Below, one piece after another: positions 12,329 through 25,038 of a DNA stretch of 64,000 bases. Location: assembly GCA_003971905.1 (NCBI GenBank), contig RSEE01000016.1:310001-374000 (forward strand), written 5' to 3'. This DNA is from Moniliella sp. 'wahieum' (lineage: Eukaryota). The translations under genes were made by a program, and so were the position numbers. The stretch's first letter is position 1. Every line of letters begins with the position of its first letter. A model generated the notes under the pieces. It was not told where the DNA came from, ran no database searches, and saw only the letters and a program-made list of their open reading frames with translations.

Positions 12329-15300
12329 ATGCTTCGCCCCGTCGCGCGCCGGCCGGCTGCTATCGCCTCTCCTGCGGCGGGCGGCGGCGGAAGCGACTGT
12401 GGAGACGACGAGTATCACTGCAGTCAAAGCCCTGCTGGCCGCCCATGGACTCGAGTTCCACTCTGCCCTCCGCAAGATGGGCGAGGGGGGCGATGTGGGT
12501 GCAGGAACACCGTACGAGATCCAGTGTGTCTCTCATCCTGAAGGCAAGACAGTCTGGCACTTCCGCCCCCCCCCGCCCTACTCCTCCCGCTCCCCGCGGC
12601 GATCCGTCGCTCCTGCCCTTGGCCGCCCCGAGGGTGCTGCGCTGCAATGTGGAGACATGCTCGGCGCCATCCTTTCCACCCACCCTTCCTGGAAACGGAC
12701 TACTTCAACCCGCCCTCCTCCCCCCTTTGACGCCCCGCTGGGCCCCAGCGTCCACTTCCACCCGCTCACAGCCGCTCAGTGGGCGACCCTGCCCCACCGC
12801 ACCCCTCCGCCTCCAACACAATTGGACGTCGACGGCCGGGACCGAATCAAGGCGCACTTTGATTTTTCCATCCTTTGACGCAGGGCGAGCAGCATAATTG
12901 GACAGAGGACCCTCGTCTTGCCATTTGGGGGGTTGCTCACACCGACGCTCCTGGCCGGGTGCTCCAAACCTCGGGGCCATGCTCTCCTAGCACAACGTTC
13001 CCCTTAATGCAGGCCCACTCCTCCCCGGCCCTCTCCTGCAGCGCCCACTCTACCCCCGAGAGTGAGGTGGTGCCGCCGCTTCGGGATTGGGAAATAGCAG
13101 CGCTCTTTCCACAGGGGAAAGCAGCCTTATTGGCAGCGTCACTCGAACGCCTCGTGGCCCAACTCACTTCGTTCCTCGACACGCGCCTCCAGGCTGATTT
13201 TTTTTACACGTTTCGTCTTTTTATGTCTCCGGACCACTGCTCGATCTCTTGTTGGCCCGCTTGGAATGGAGCTTCCTAGTCCTGACGGAACAGAGGGCGG
13301 AGAAGATAAGGGAAGCCGAGCTGTCGTCCGAGTCAGGACCATGGTCCTTCTCCGATGTTGGCTCTTCCACTTTTTCGAACAAGATTGGTATCCATCCCCT
13401 GCGCTGCGATCCAAGCTATGCACTTGGCTCAATACATATGCTCAAGCACCCCACGGTGCAGAGGGAGTTTTGGCTGCGCTGAGGAAAACGGTGCGCTCTC
13501 TTCAACAGAAGTATGGTGCGGCCGCCTGCCCTGACTCGCTCGACGCTCCCCTATGTTTGGAGGAACTACTTCCCCGCTCTCTCTTTTAGAGCGGAAGCTA
13601 CATTCGCTCCCCCTTTGCTTTTGAGGGAGAAACGAAGCCTTCTTAATACGAAATGGGGGTCCACCCTTCGCATGCCCCGCCCGGCAGGAAGGCGAGAGAT
13701 TAGGCTCAACACCCAAGCTTCTTCCACTGCACCTGCCCAGGTTCTGGATCTCCTGTCTTCCCCAGATGAGTTACGGTCCTACCTTCAATCGTGTGACGTG
13801 ACCATGTCGTTTGAGCAGCCGGACTACGGATCCCGTCCCAACATCGAGAAGGAGCCAGAAGGGGACGAAAAAACCATCATCCCTTCTGTCCAATCTTCCG
13901 CCCGAACTACAAGGGACCTTTCCTCTTGTTCGTCCTGCTCTTCCTCTTTTTCATCCCAACCCAGATCTGAGCGGTCGTCTCGCCATTCTCCCCTGCCCCC
14001 CGCTGATCCCTCCCAACAACAGTCAGGCATCACTCCCCCCCCTACCGCCCAAGATTCTCCCACGAGGCCTTACGTGCCCCCTTCGCCGCCCCGCATGTCC
14101 AACCATCCCGACGGATGGCTCGAAACTCTGATCCCTCAACACGAACTGGAATCTGTCATGACTGGTTCGGTCCGATCCACCTCGGTCCAATCGTTTACAA
14201 CTTATGACACCCAAACTTCGTCCGCTCGTTCGGCCGCGCCGTCGGGGGCCACCTTTGGTGTGTACTCCGATGGATCACATGGCGTCTCCCCCGAGACTCG
14301 ACCCAAGACTTTGTCGAGGAGCATGTGCGTTCCTTCATCCCCCCCCGCAATGCTTTCTTCTTATGCTTACCTTCTCCACCTCAGATTATGGGGCAGGGAG
14401 CGCCCTTGAGAAAAGAACAGCCTGCCGCCCTGGATCAACCTGTTGTTTTTGGCGATGCAACGCATACGTTGAGCGGGAGAAGCTCGACGGCTTTGACTGA
14501 GCACGATGTGGGTAGCAGCAGAGACGAAGCAAGTGGAGACAGAGAATGGTTGTTCCCTTCACCATCGCCATCCACTCAGCAGGTAGCCGAGTCTACGGCT
14601 CTCCCCACGTCTCCTTATTGGCCAAGGAAGAAGCGACAAGAAGCGTGACCCCTACCGACGACCTAGGCGTGGGCGATTCGGCTGGGGCATCAATTCCGAT
14701 CGCCGGGGCGTCTCGTGCCAAGCAAAATGAGGAACGGGCCCTCCTGAGCGACCCCCTGGGCCACCTGCGATGGAGACAGGGGTGAGTTGCCCTCTGTGAT
14801 CGATGAGGCTCCCATCCTCTCCCCCAGTGCAGCGACCGAACCCAAGACGGACCACGTTGATCCCAGCAAACCTGCCTTTCTTTCACCAAGCGACATTTTG
14901 GGTCCGGCCCACATGCCTCGAAGGGGTTGGGCCAAGCCCGAGCTTTCACTTGCCGAATCAAAGCAGCCACAGTCGTGGGCTCCCCACCGCCGAGCAAAGG
15001 GTCCTGGAATCCCGCGTGACGGAATGGGAGGCAGAGCGTCGCCATCCCAGTCAGCGGGGGAGCCTACGGCGGCAAGTGGGTTTGATCGCACCCTTCACTT
15101 GGATGACTTAGATCTCTCCAGCGACGAAGATGGGGAAGTGGTTCGTCGAGCGCTTCGTCGTCTGCCTGGGGCGACACAGTTGCGGAATGCGCTCCCTGTT
15201 TCGGCCTCGTCCAGTGTTACAAGTGTTGGCGAGCTCCCGGAAGAAGGGGATACGGGCATAGGGTGGTGCGTTCGGTGCTGCCGTCGAACCAGCGGAGCCT

Positions 15301-16756
15301 TCCTTATGGCTTCCTCACCAGCACTCTGTTTGACGATGAAATTGCTCTGGCCGGGTGCGAGATGGTGCAGGGATTCAGCTTGGACGGATTTGAGTCGGAG
15401 CAGGACGAAGGGGGCGGAGTGGCAGACGCCTTGGCGCGCTTGGAAGGAATCATCTCCCAGGAGAAGCTTGCACGAGCTCGTCAAGTGGACACGTTGCTGG
15501 CGGCATCTGCCCAGAGGATGGGGAAGGATCCGGTTGCCCTGCCCACCAGGGCTACCGGTCTCCCTGCTGCTTCCTCGAAGCCCAAACCAGGAAAGGGCAA
15601 AACGCGCGCCACCATTGGCCTCGGCGCCACCGCTCGTCGTAGCCCCATGTCCCCTGCCATGGGCAAACCGGACCAACTCGCATTGCCTCCCTCGCACCGG
15701 TCGTTTATTTTGGACAGCCGTTCAGAGGAAGTGGCAGGCCAATGGTGCCTGATCGAGGCTGAGCTGTTCACCAAGATTGCTTGGTCGGAGCTAGCATCGG
15801 GCGAATGGCGCGCCGTTTTTGACCTGCCGCCCGTGTACGACTGGGAGGCGTTTTACCGGTTGCGGATGCGACGGCGCGTAGAAGCAGAGGGCCAACCCAG
15901 CTCGGACGACTCGGCATTGGCGGTGATCGCGGCGCGCTTCAACTTGTTGGCCAGCTGGATCGCATCAGAGATTGTGTTGACGTCCACGTCGCGGGCCCGG
16001 GCCGGGCTGGTGGCCAAATTTATTCGGATCGCGGTACGCTGCTATGAGCTGGGCAACTTTGCTTCGGTGGCCCAGGTGGTGTGTGGGTTGCAGTCGCCTT
16101 GGATTGCCCGCTTGTCGCGCACGTGGGCGTTGGTTCCTCCGCTGGAGAAACGGGCGCTGCGCGACTTGGGCACCCTCGCCTCGCCAGCCTATGGCTTCCG
16201 CCAGCTGCGGCGGGTGTGTGACAATTTGATTGCCCAAGCCGGCTTGGAGGAGCACACCAACTCGGCCGGCCCGTCCACGTCGCACGGTGGGGGGACACGC
16301 CTTGCGCCGTCGCAGGCGTGTGTGCCGTTTGCGGGGCTGCTGCTGTTGGACCTGACCGAGGTGGACCTGCTTCCCTCCATGCTTAGTGCCACCGAGTACC
16401 TCCCGCGCCTCACGCCGGCATCTCCATCGCCCCAGCTGTTCGGCCCTGATGGCGCTCCCACCCGGGTGCCCACCGCACCAGCCTCTGCCCAACCGGCCGC
16501 GGACGCATTGGACCTCATCCTCCCCGCGCTCCCGGCGGCGGTGGATGGAAGGGCAAGTCTGGTCAACTTGTTCAAATTTCGCCTGTTGGCAATGAAGATC
16601 AAGACTACCTTGGCGTTTCAGGCATGTGCGCGGGCGTATGCGGTGCCAGTCAGTGCGCCGCTGTACTCGCGTTGCCTCAAGCTCCGATGCCTTCCGGCCC
16701 CCATTCTTACCCAGTACGCTTCTTCCTTGGCCGCGGTTTGGCACATGCCGTACTAA
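12329..16756 (+). CDS. RasGEF (REM/N-terminal + CDC25 domain), LTE1-like; frameshifted, start uncertain
   Basis: REM-like ASLERLVAQLTS..QADFFYTFRLFMSP..VRVRTMVLLRCW at ~13140-13430. CDC25 domain SEEVAGQWCLIE..ARFNLLASWIASEIV..KFIRIAVRCYELGNFAS..CVPFAGLLLLDL in 15263-16756, separated by a long Ser/Pro linker. Confidence 0.8.
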
Positions 16757-18107
16757 TCGTCCTTGCTCTTGCTCTTCTTACTCGTCTAGACTTTCGCACA
16801 TGCAAGAGTAACCCCGAGGCTTTCCTGACCCGTTTTGGCCATCGTTCTTCCTTTCTTATGCGCTCTTGCCCTCACTCTTTTCCTTCCCTCCTTCCCTCCC
16901 ACCCTCCCACATTGTCATTTTAACATCTGCTCGGATAATTCACCTCACCTCCCTCCCCCCCTACACGCACGAGCTCTTCACCTGTCTCTGCCTTTTTGTT
17001 TGTCTTCGCATCGCGCTGATACCATTTCTTGTTTCTGTGCTCACCTTTCTTGTCCACCTCATCTCTCGCATGTCTTATGCTGAACATACATTCCTTGCTT
17101 CCGTTCGTTTTGCCTGTCCTTTTTTTATTGTCGTGGACCATGTAGCTCTCTCCATGGTCGTCGATCCGCATCCTGTCATCATCACCACGCCTATCTCTCT
17201 CCTTGGCGTCCCCCCAACACGCGATTGCTCTGTCCATGGCGACCTTCTTTGCTGTGCCCATGGCGATCATCGTTGGCCGATCAGGTGCTGGGGGTGAGTT
17301 GGGGGCGGGAGGAGCAAGAACGGGGCCCGATGGAATCGATTAAATTATGTACTCGTTGATGGTCATCGGGCGGGACGGTACCCCTCCCGACCAGCTGGTC
17401 CGAGGAGATTATGGCCACTGCCAGGCATTCTCCGGACTTTGCCATCCCGTGCCCCCCCGAGCGTGCCTCAACCAAATCCAAGTCTCCTTGCGAGACGAGG
17501 CGAGGTGAGGTGAAAGGGCTCCGGCAGGACGCCTCGGTCCTCGGTACAATCCCAACCCATATGTGCTGTTCCACTCGGCGCGCCCAACCTGCTCGCTGCT
17601 CGGTTCCTCGCAATTGTCACGACCACTTCTGGAATCATGCGATCGCGATCACTGTAACTACTCCCGCCGAGCGCCGAGGACCGAAGTGGCTCTTGGCTAC
17701 GGCAGAATATGCTGTCCCAAACACATGTTTTTTTTACATACCATGTACGTGGTACCATGGGCTGGGGGAGGCGGATTGGAAAGGGGAACGGATGTCGAAG
17801 CACAGAACTACTAGCAGCTGCGACGAATGTGGAATGAAGCGGATCGGGAAGCAGCAACAACGAATGCCGGTGTGGTGCGCCGCCGAAGGAGAAAGGCTGC
17901 GGTAGGTAGCCAAACCACGATGCAGGGGCGAGGCACCCGGAGCCTAGGTCCAGCCATGGCACCCACACCACCGGCACAACTGTGTCGGGATGCGAAGCGC
18001 GTCTGGGAGGAAGAGCTGAGATCAAAGATGATTTGGGCATACGAGAAACGCCTTGCCGGTACAGCAGCGGTAGAATCCCGGTATCATTCGCTTGCACAAT
18101 CACTTCT

Positions 18108-19418
18108 TTAATCCAACGACACACGTAACTCTCGAGTGGATTGGCTCAAAGTTGTGCACGTCGATTCCCTGTGCCCTGAGTGCCGCCTCAGCATGGCTAG
18201 GGACGAGCTTAGGATCAAATCGGGACGGACCGAGAGCTCTTCCCGGTAAAGTTAAAGAGCGGAGGGAAAGGCCGCCCATTGGGAAGCAAGTGGGATGTCT
18301 GCCCTTCCGGCGGCGGCTGGCGCAGCTCGTTAAGTAGGGGTGGGCCAGCGCTTCGGCCGCCGCGTCAAGCGAGCGGTGGGGGTGTAGTCCAACAGGCGCG
18401 AGATGAGGTCAATCGCATCGGCTTCCGTACGGGGACGGAAGACCTTGCTGAACGGGTGCGGACGGATCTGGGGGAACTTGTGTTCCATGTAGTTTTGTTC
18501 ATTTGCTTGATTTGTTTCGAGTGGGCGTGCCGAGGATCTTGATGATTTCAACCAGTTGGTCGATCCCACTTTCACCTGGGAAAAGAGGTTGGCCTTGCAT
18601 CAGCTCGGCCATGACGCATCCGGTGGACCAATGTCTGCAAGCATACAACATAGGTCAGCTACCAGAAAGCAAGACAAGTTAGGGCGAGGGCGTCGTACCG
18701 ATGCTCGTCGTGTAGTGGTCGCACCAAAGATGAGCTCGGGAGCGCGGTAGTAGCGGGAGCAAATGTACGACACGTTGGGCTCGCCCGCACGAGGATCTTG
18801 GCCGAGCCAAAGTCCAGAGCTTGAGGACACCGCCTCGGCATTCAGCAGCAGTTCTGCGCTTGATGTCCGATGGCAAATGCCAATCGAGTGAATGTAGGCA
18901 AGAGAGCGGAAGAGCTGGTACATGTAGAGTTTGATGAGGAGGGTGGCATGTTCTGCTTGACCTTGACGTAGTTGCGCAGGGAGCGGTAAATGGTTTCCGG
19001 CATATACTCCATCACCAGGTTGAGATACACTTCGTCCTTCTGCCAGGGGGCAAGAGAGGTTAGCAGAGGGCACACCCCAGCAAAGACAACGAGGACTGAC
19101 CTTGCTCCCGTTCGAGTAGAAAAAGGCGCGCAAGGCACACACGTTGGGATGGTCGATGATGCGCATGATCTGGAGCTCGCGGTTCTTGAAGCGCTTGTCC
19201 TGGAGGACCTTCTTGATGGCAATCTCGTTGTGGTCGTCGGGGCCCGACTTGGGCTCCATGCCGGAGGCGAGCTTGGCCTGGAAGACGACGCCGAAGGAGC
19301 CGTTGCCAATGACCTTGCAGGAATGGTAGCCAATCTCGGTGGGCTCGCCCGACTTGGCATCGGAGGCAAGCACCTTGATGACCTCGTCACCGGTTGGGGG
19401 CAAGACGCTGCTGGACAT
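18108..19418 (-). CDS. GSK3: Glycogen synthase kinase 3 family kinase
   Basis: [53 protein letters not shown] and [13 protein letters not shown] motifs; stop TAA at 18110-18108. At least two introns plus frameshifts. Confidence 0.93.
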
Positions 19419-20512
19419 GGTGGGTTAGAGGGGAGCAGCCGGGGCCAGCCGATGGGGGTTGGTCGCCTGGCGGGGGGGGGGGGGGGGGGGGCACACGCGT
19501 GCGCACTGCCCGGGTGCTGCCTAGCAGCCGGGCCGGGAGCGTGGCGTGGGTCGCTCACGCTCCGATGGCTGAGAACGCAGCTGGCCGCTGCCCGGCATGC
19601 GGCCCTGCAGCACCGCACCGCCGCACCCGTCGGCCCTCGTCCGCGTCACTTAGCTGATGCCCAGCCACGGCCCCCCGCCGCCCCGCCCCGCGCCAGCCAG
19701 CGCCCAGCGCCCGCGTGCAGTACGTACACTGCCCGCCTGCGGCCTGCCTGGTGCGGCCTGCCTGCTGCAGGGGGGCAGTTTGAGGTCACCGCTCAGCCCC
19801 AGCGCTCACCTTTCAACATCACGCGTCATCCTGCATCATGCATCACGCTCAGCGCACCGCAGACGACGCTGCTGGGGCACGAGGCTGGGCCAGTGCCTGG
19901 CCCCAGCAGGCGCCCCAGCCTGCCCAGCTGGCAGCTGCAGTTGGCTCATTGGGTGTCGGGGTGCGACCGAGGCGCGGCTGGCCACTGCCCCCCTGCCGCC
20001 TTCTCTCCGAAATTTCATCCATGCTCCCACTTTCCTGGCGCCCTCCACTTCGCGCTGTTTCGCACCGCAACCCGCACAGGGGCAGTGTCCGCACCCAGCC
20101 GACGTCACTTGTTCCAATCCTGCCTGGCTGGCCAGCGCTGGCTGCTGGCCACTGCTGGCCCCATCAGCCCGTGCTGAAACTGAGCCACTGAACGCTGGAC
20201 GTGCACGGCACGTGCTGAATTGCCAACCAGTGTGTTGCCAAAATTTTCCGCCCACCCACACGTGACCGCGTCCCCCGCTGGACCAACACGTGTCTCCCCG
20301 TCAACTGGCGGTCCCAAACAGCTTCGAGTCGTGCTACCTGTGCCAACCGTACCACTCATGGGGAGCGAAGAAATTCACCCATGCATTCATTCCTCGTCGG
20401 AAAAGATCGATGGCACGCTCGGGCGCCCCGTGTGCGATGCCGAAAGTACCACCGTCTTGGTTCGCAGTGACGCCGATCGCCCCCAGGCCGACGGGCGAGG
20501 AGGCCGGGTCAG

Positions 20513-21690
20513 ACGCCCAGGGCGGGGGTCATCACCGACGTCTCGTTTCTAGTACTGGCCGATAAACCACGGGGCTGGTGAGGAGGAAGCGAGGGGGATG
20601 GCCCAGTCAGTTTCTCCTCATCCTCGATCGTGAGACCAACGACCTCAGTCGCTGGCGCGATATGTCATCTTTTTCCTCGCTGCGAGCACGTGCGGTGAAG
20701 ATAAGGGAGGTGGAGGGGAGATACTGGCTGGAGGATGCGAGTTGGTTTCGCTGGAAGAGCAAAGAACAGGGTTGCGTCCGCACCGCTCCCCTCTTTGATT
20801 GGAGAAGACTTGGATTGAAAGATTTGCTGGGCAGGGCAATGAGGCCGAAAGAGAGATAGCTGGTGCTGTTCTTGGGGGAGAGAGTTGGGTTGAGATGAGC
20901 AAACGGGAGCAGCACGAGGCACAGTCGGTTCCGGCAAGAGGGAGGTCACCGCTGGAAGCAATGCCTCCACAACGGCATCGTCTCCATCCCTTGGCAGCGG
21001 GGAGGAGGGGCCAGTGGGTTGAGGCAGGAGCGGGATGAGGTCCGAGGAAGAGGTCGTGGCAATGCGCTCGTCTCCATCCACTGCACTAGAGACATGCGAA
21101 CCTCCCCCAGGTGAAGGAGAGGCTCGAATCTGCGCCAGGCGCATGCTTCTTCTCCTTGGAGTGACTGCTGCTTGCGAAGACGCTTCGGGCTTCCCGGCCG
21201 GGCTGCTGAGAAAGGTTGCCTGTAGACTGGGAGGTCCACTTTTTCTCCTCTTAAGACGTCGGTTCGGACGTGCCTGAGTGGGATGCGAATGGAGATCCTT
21301 TTGGTCGAGGAGCACTCCTCCTGATCGGGGGATGGGTCCGATGTCGTGGTAGCTCCAAGGCCAGACTGCGATTCAGTCGTTTTTTCGCCTCTCGTACCGC
21401 CTCCTGGGGCTTGCCGCGGGTTGGGCCTCAGGGCGAGGGTTGGACTCGGGCTTCGAAGCGGTCCGCTCGGTCTCCTGGACCTCAACTCTCTCCTTGGATG
21501 AGTCCGATATGCGTTCTCGTACCCCTGTTGTGCCGCAGGAAGAACGCCAAAGCGCGACAGAGAGAGGCGGGCTAGCTCCCCACTTCTGAGTGGAGCAACA
21601 GATGCTGGCGGGCGAGGTACGCGCTAGGTTTAGAAGCAGGGGGGGTTCGCGCCGGGGGATCCAGCGTTTGGGGGCTCGAGGGCATCGATG
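20513..21690 (-). CDS. Hypothetical low-complexity Ser/Pro/Arg-rich protein (frameshifted)
   Basis: Chain of overlapping minus-strand ORFs (20946-21485, 20665-21315, 20607-20915) with coding-like composition. No domain recognised, and the ends are guesses. Confidence 0.3.
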
Positions 21691-21833
21691 CGGATATGCA
21701 ATGGCACGCGCAGGAAAAGCACAGTACTTCGTGTGGGCAAGGGTGGTGGTAGATCGGATACAGTTTTGGATTCAACACATGGACTGCGGATCGAGGGCAA
21801 GCGAATTTGGCAAGGTACACCCGCCAAAAAATG

Positions 21834-21933
21834 TGCTTCGTGCCAGGCTCGAACTGGCGACCTCAGGATGACGTGGTTTCCCACTCATACAGGCGTATGA
21901 GACCTGCGCGCTAGCCAACTGCGCCAACGAAGC
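21834..21933 (-). tRNA. Elongator tRNA-Met(CAT) with ~26-nt intron
   Basis: Reverse complement: GCTTCGT..CAGGT-CT-CAT-A[intron]A-TCCTG..AGTTCGAGCC..ACGAAGCA. G1:C72 pair and U31:U39 are typical of elongator Met; T-run follows. Confidence 0.9.
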
Positions 21934-22147
21934 AGATGAATGAGAGTGGAAACCTGAGCCTACATATATGCTTTGCCGGTTTCTTATACATCTCTCAACA
22001 TTTTGCTTATGGCTCTTATTCACAGTTGGACGCACGCACTTCGTCTATGACTTCTGATGACAAAGGAGACGTATGAGCATGAAGGACAAGACAATGAGCG
22101 ATCGTGGACGGGATCATCCATCCAAGCTGACTGCGAGGAGATGGGGT

Positions 22148-23584
22148 TTACTTAGATGACGCGCTCGCGCAAAACTGATCAATCTCTTCCTCTTGTCCAA
22201 TCTCTTCGCGCCTCCACCCCCGAGCGCGCTCGACTGCCCGTTTCCAACCTAGAACACCAGCCGCACGAACCTCGTCGGAGATAATGGACTCAAAGGTATG
22301 TCTGCCCTTGGTATTGATATCCTTCCGCGTCAACGGCTGGCTCCGGTCCCACCCCTCCAGCCCCACCGCCGAGGCCGCCATGAGTGCCGACCCAAGCGCA
22401 GTCGGCTCGCGCATCTGCGGACGCCTCGCGATCCCGAGCAAGTCGGCCTGGATCTGCATCGCTTCGTCACTGGTTGTCATTCCCCCACCCACCACCAGCG
22501 ACTTGAGCTGAATCCGGCTGTCCAGGGCGCATGTGTTGAGCCACCGGGTGGCTCGTGCTTTGGCCAATGTCCCTTCAGTTCCTCCTCAGGCCTAGGAGTT
22601 CCGTTGTTTTTCTCTCCTGTTTTTTCCTTGTTCCGCAGCTTAGCCCCTGGTGGCGACTCGCTGTTTGATGTTCCTCAGTAGGCGTTGCTAGTTGGCTTAG
22701 ACCATCACCACCACCATCAGTGCGATTGCATCACCTCGAGGACATCCGGACTCCAGGTCTCATCAGCATGGCCTCAAGGATGGCACGCATTGTGTAGCAC
22801 GCCGCTTCGACGCTTTTTCTCAGAGTGCCGCTGGTCCACATGCATCTTCTCTCCTCTTCGTCATCTGGCTCTCCAGGGGCAAGCCAGTCGCGGGTCAGGT
22901 AGAGTAGGCCAGGGCGAACCCGTACCGTGTGGGTGGATGTGCCGCACTCGATGAAAACGCACCTTGTTCTCTTCATTCTCGTTTCGGTGTCTGTGCCAGT
23001 GCACCCCAACACGATCGCCCCTGTCATTGGCAAGCTGCTTGGTCGTCGGATTCGCCCGCTGGTCTGGGGCCGCTTTCCTCGTCCTCGTTTCGGGCCCCCC
23101 CAAAGCCCAGTACCCCGTCTCCCGCACCCGTACTCCATCTTGTCCAGCGCCTTTTCCATTGAGGCTCTTTTGTCATGAACATGGCGACCCCGAACGTGGG
23201 ATTACAGAGAACCAGTGCCAGGATGGTCGCCTTACCACCCTACCATCTCTCCGCACCAGAGAGTGCCTGCTGGGAACAAAGGTCCATGGAAAGGCACGTA
23301 CGGCGTAGACGCATGGGGATATACATATCCATACCACCGGCGCACCCACCTCGCTCATACCACAACGTGACCGCCGCCGCGCAAAGCGCGGGCTGCTGCT
23401 CTTCCTGTTCAGGCGGTAAAGGGGTGGACAGGTGCTGAGCAGTGGCGGCAGCGTCGAGGGTAGCGCGATCCAAATGATCGGCCCAGCCGGAACGGTGGAG
23501 GCGTTGGTAAAATGGGCGCGAGACGCATCCGCTTCGTCGGCCGAGCTGGGTCCAGGGGCGGCGCAGGGTGAGGTCGGCTGGCAC
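22148..23584 (-). pseudogene. Degenerate glycerol kinase-like (FGGY family) gene; C-terminal domain recognisable
   Basis: EAACYTMRAILEAM, LKSLVVGGGMTTSDEAMQIQADLLG, RRPQMREPTALGSALMA and WKRAVERARGW resemble the glycerol kinase C-terminus. The N-terminal half is barely recognisable and too short. Confidence 0.6.
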
Positions 23585-23602
23585 GGTCCAGCGCGCGTAG
23601 CA

Positions 23603-24616
23603 TCACTCGTCGGATCGTGTAGGGAACAAGAGCGTTTCGTCAGGGTACAGCGCTTGCAATGTCGCTGATGAGGCCCCAGCGGGAGGTGGGGGGGCCCGGA
23701 TTGCACCACCTGTCGGCGTCGGTGGGCAGGACGTCCCACATGCCTTGGCCTCGATGGGCAGGGCGGGCACAGAAGCGCTGGCTCGGGTCTGGCTGGCTAG
23801 CCGATGACCACGTGCAACAATGTCCGGGTTGAGGAAAAGACCAGCGAGAGATGCGCTGACTCTTGCTTCCCCTCTACGGCCCGGCAGACCATGCGGACCA
23901 TCCTGCCGTTGCGCCGGCGCTGACGCTGGGATGTTTTCCGCGGGCGTGGATGCGTGGAGGAGGAAAGCGGCAGAGGTACCCCGTCTTGGTCTGGGTCCTG
24001 TGTCAACACAGGCTCGGATTCGGGCGGCGGGGGCGGGGGGAGAGCAGGCTGCCAAACGAGCCGAGCGACGAGGAGCCGGGGCCGGGGCCGGGGCCGATGC
24101 AAGCAGGGGGTCCTCGTTGGTCTCTGGGACAAGGGGGGGAGCAGGCCAACGGCGAACGTGGTGACATACATTGCACCGGACCTGGATCATGCGCGTATGC
24201 GGACCCGAGGGCCGGGTCCGAATCGAAGCGTCAATACCGGGGAGCAACAGGGCACTGCATTGGGTGCACACGAGTCGTTGGAGGGAAGGGTCGAGGGGGG
24301 AGAACGTTTTGCGAGCGACCTGCACCGCCGCTACAACCGAGGCGCGCGAGGCGGTAGAGGCGGCGTGGGCTCGCTTGCGCAAGTGCACACAGTGCTCGGA
24401 TGGCGGTCGGACGAAAGCGCGGCGTGGACAAAGGCTTGGCGCATGCGCACCGCCTGGCCCGCGTACGTCACCGCCCCGGCAGGTACTCGTTGATCGTTGC
24501 CATCTGGTCGGTGTGGGGCATGGTGCGGGGCAAAGGAGGTGCGCGGAGCAGCGCATCCGATCCCCGCCTGCCTTGCGCGCCGCCTTGCCCCCGCCCGCGG
24601 GTGGGTTGGGCGGCAT
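23603..24616 (-). CDS. RNase P/MRP subunit Rpr2/Rpp21/Snm1-family protein
   Basis: QVARKTFSPLDPSLQRLVCTQCSALLLPG..IRTR..VRCNVCHHVRRWP, with the two CxxC pairs of the Rpr2 zinc ribbon. Ends are approximate. Confidence 0.75.
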   Translation of the reverse strand: MPPNPPAGGGKAARKAGGDRMRCSAHLLCPAPCPTPTRWQRSTSTCRGGDVRGPGGAHAPSLCPRRAFVRPPSEHCVHLRKRAHAASTASRASVVAAVQVARKTFSPLDPSLQRLVCTQCSALLLPGIDASIRTRPSGPHTRMIQVRCNVCHHVRRWPAPPLVPETNEDPLLASAPAPAPAPRRSARLAACSPPAPAARIRACVDTGPRPRRGTSAAFLLHASTPAENIPASAPAQRQDGPHGLPGRRGEARVSASLAGLFLNPDIVARGHRLASQTRASASVPALPIEAKACGTSCPPTPTGGAIRAPPPPAGASSATLQALYPDETLLFPTRSDE

Positions 24617-25038
24617 GGTGGCTGGCTGTGGTGGTGGTGGATGGGAAAAAATTAGCTGGGCCGTACGAAGCGGCGAGGTTACTTGAACGTTGCAATTGGG
24701 TAACCGCCTCCGGACCGACAGTCCTTTGGTTGCAAAGGTGAAATTCTCCCCTATCAGTTTCCCCGTCCTCGCAATCGCCCTCTGGAAGGATGTATATGGC
24801 AAGCTCAAGAGTCTGGGTCCAGAAGGCGGCAGCGGACTGGGGCTGCCCAGGGTTATGTTGTGAACGAGGCGAGAGACGACGGTGCGTATCTTTGGTCGAG
24901 TGCAAAGCGCGCATTTTCAACAAAATGATCAGAAATCGTACAAAATCGTGTGCGAAGAAAGCATCGTCAACATCATGCAGTGAGGTATGTATAAGCGGGG
25001 ATGATCAGAACAATGCAAGAGAATGGCACCTCGGGCGA

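Noticed and set aside
17281..18124. ORFs between RasGEF and GSK3 (e.g. 17468-18124 minus)
   Set aside because: No domain or convincing start/splice structure; probably 3' UTRs.
18990..20265. Long plus-strand ORFs (395 aa, 202 aa) and similar antisense ORFs elsewhere
   Set aside because: These are shadows of GC-rich coding or promoter DNA opposite real genes.
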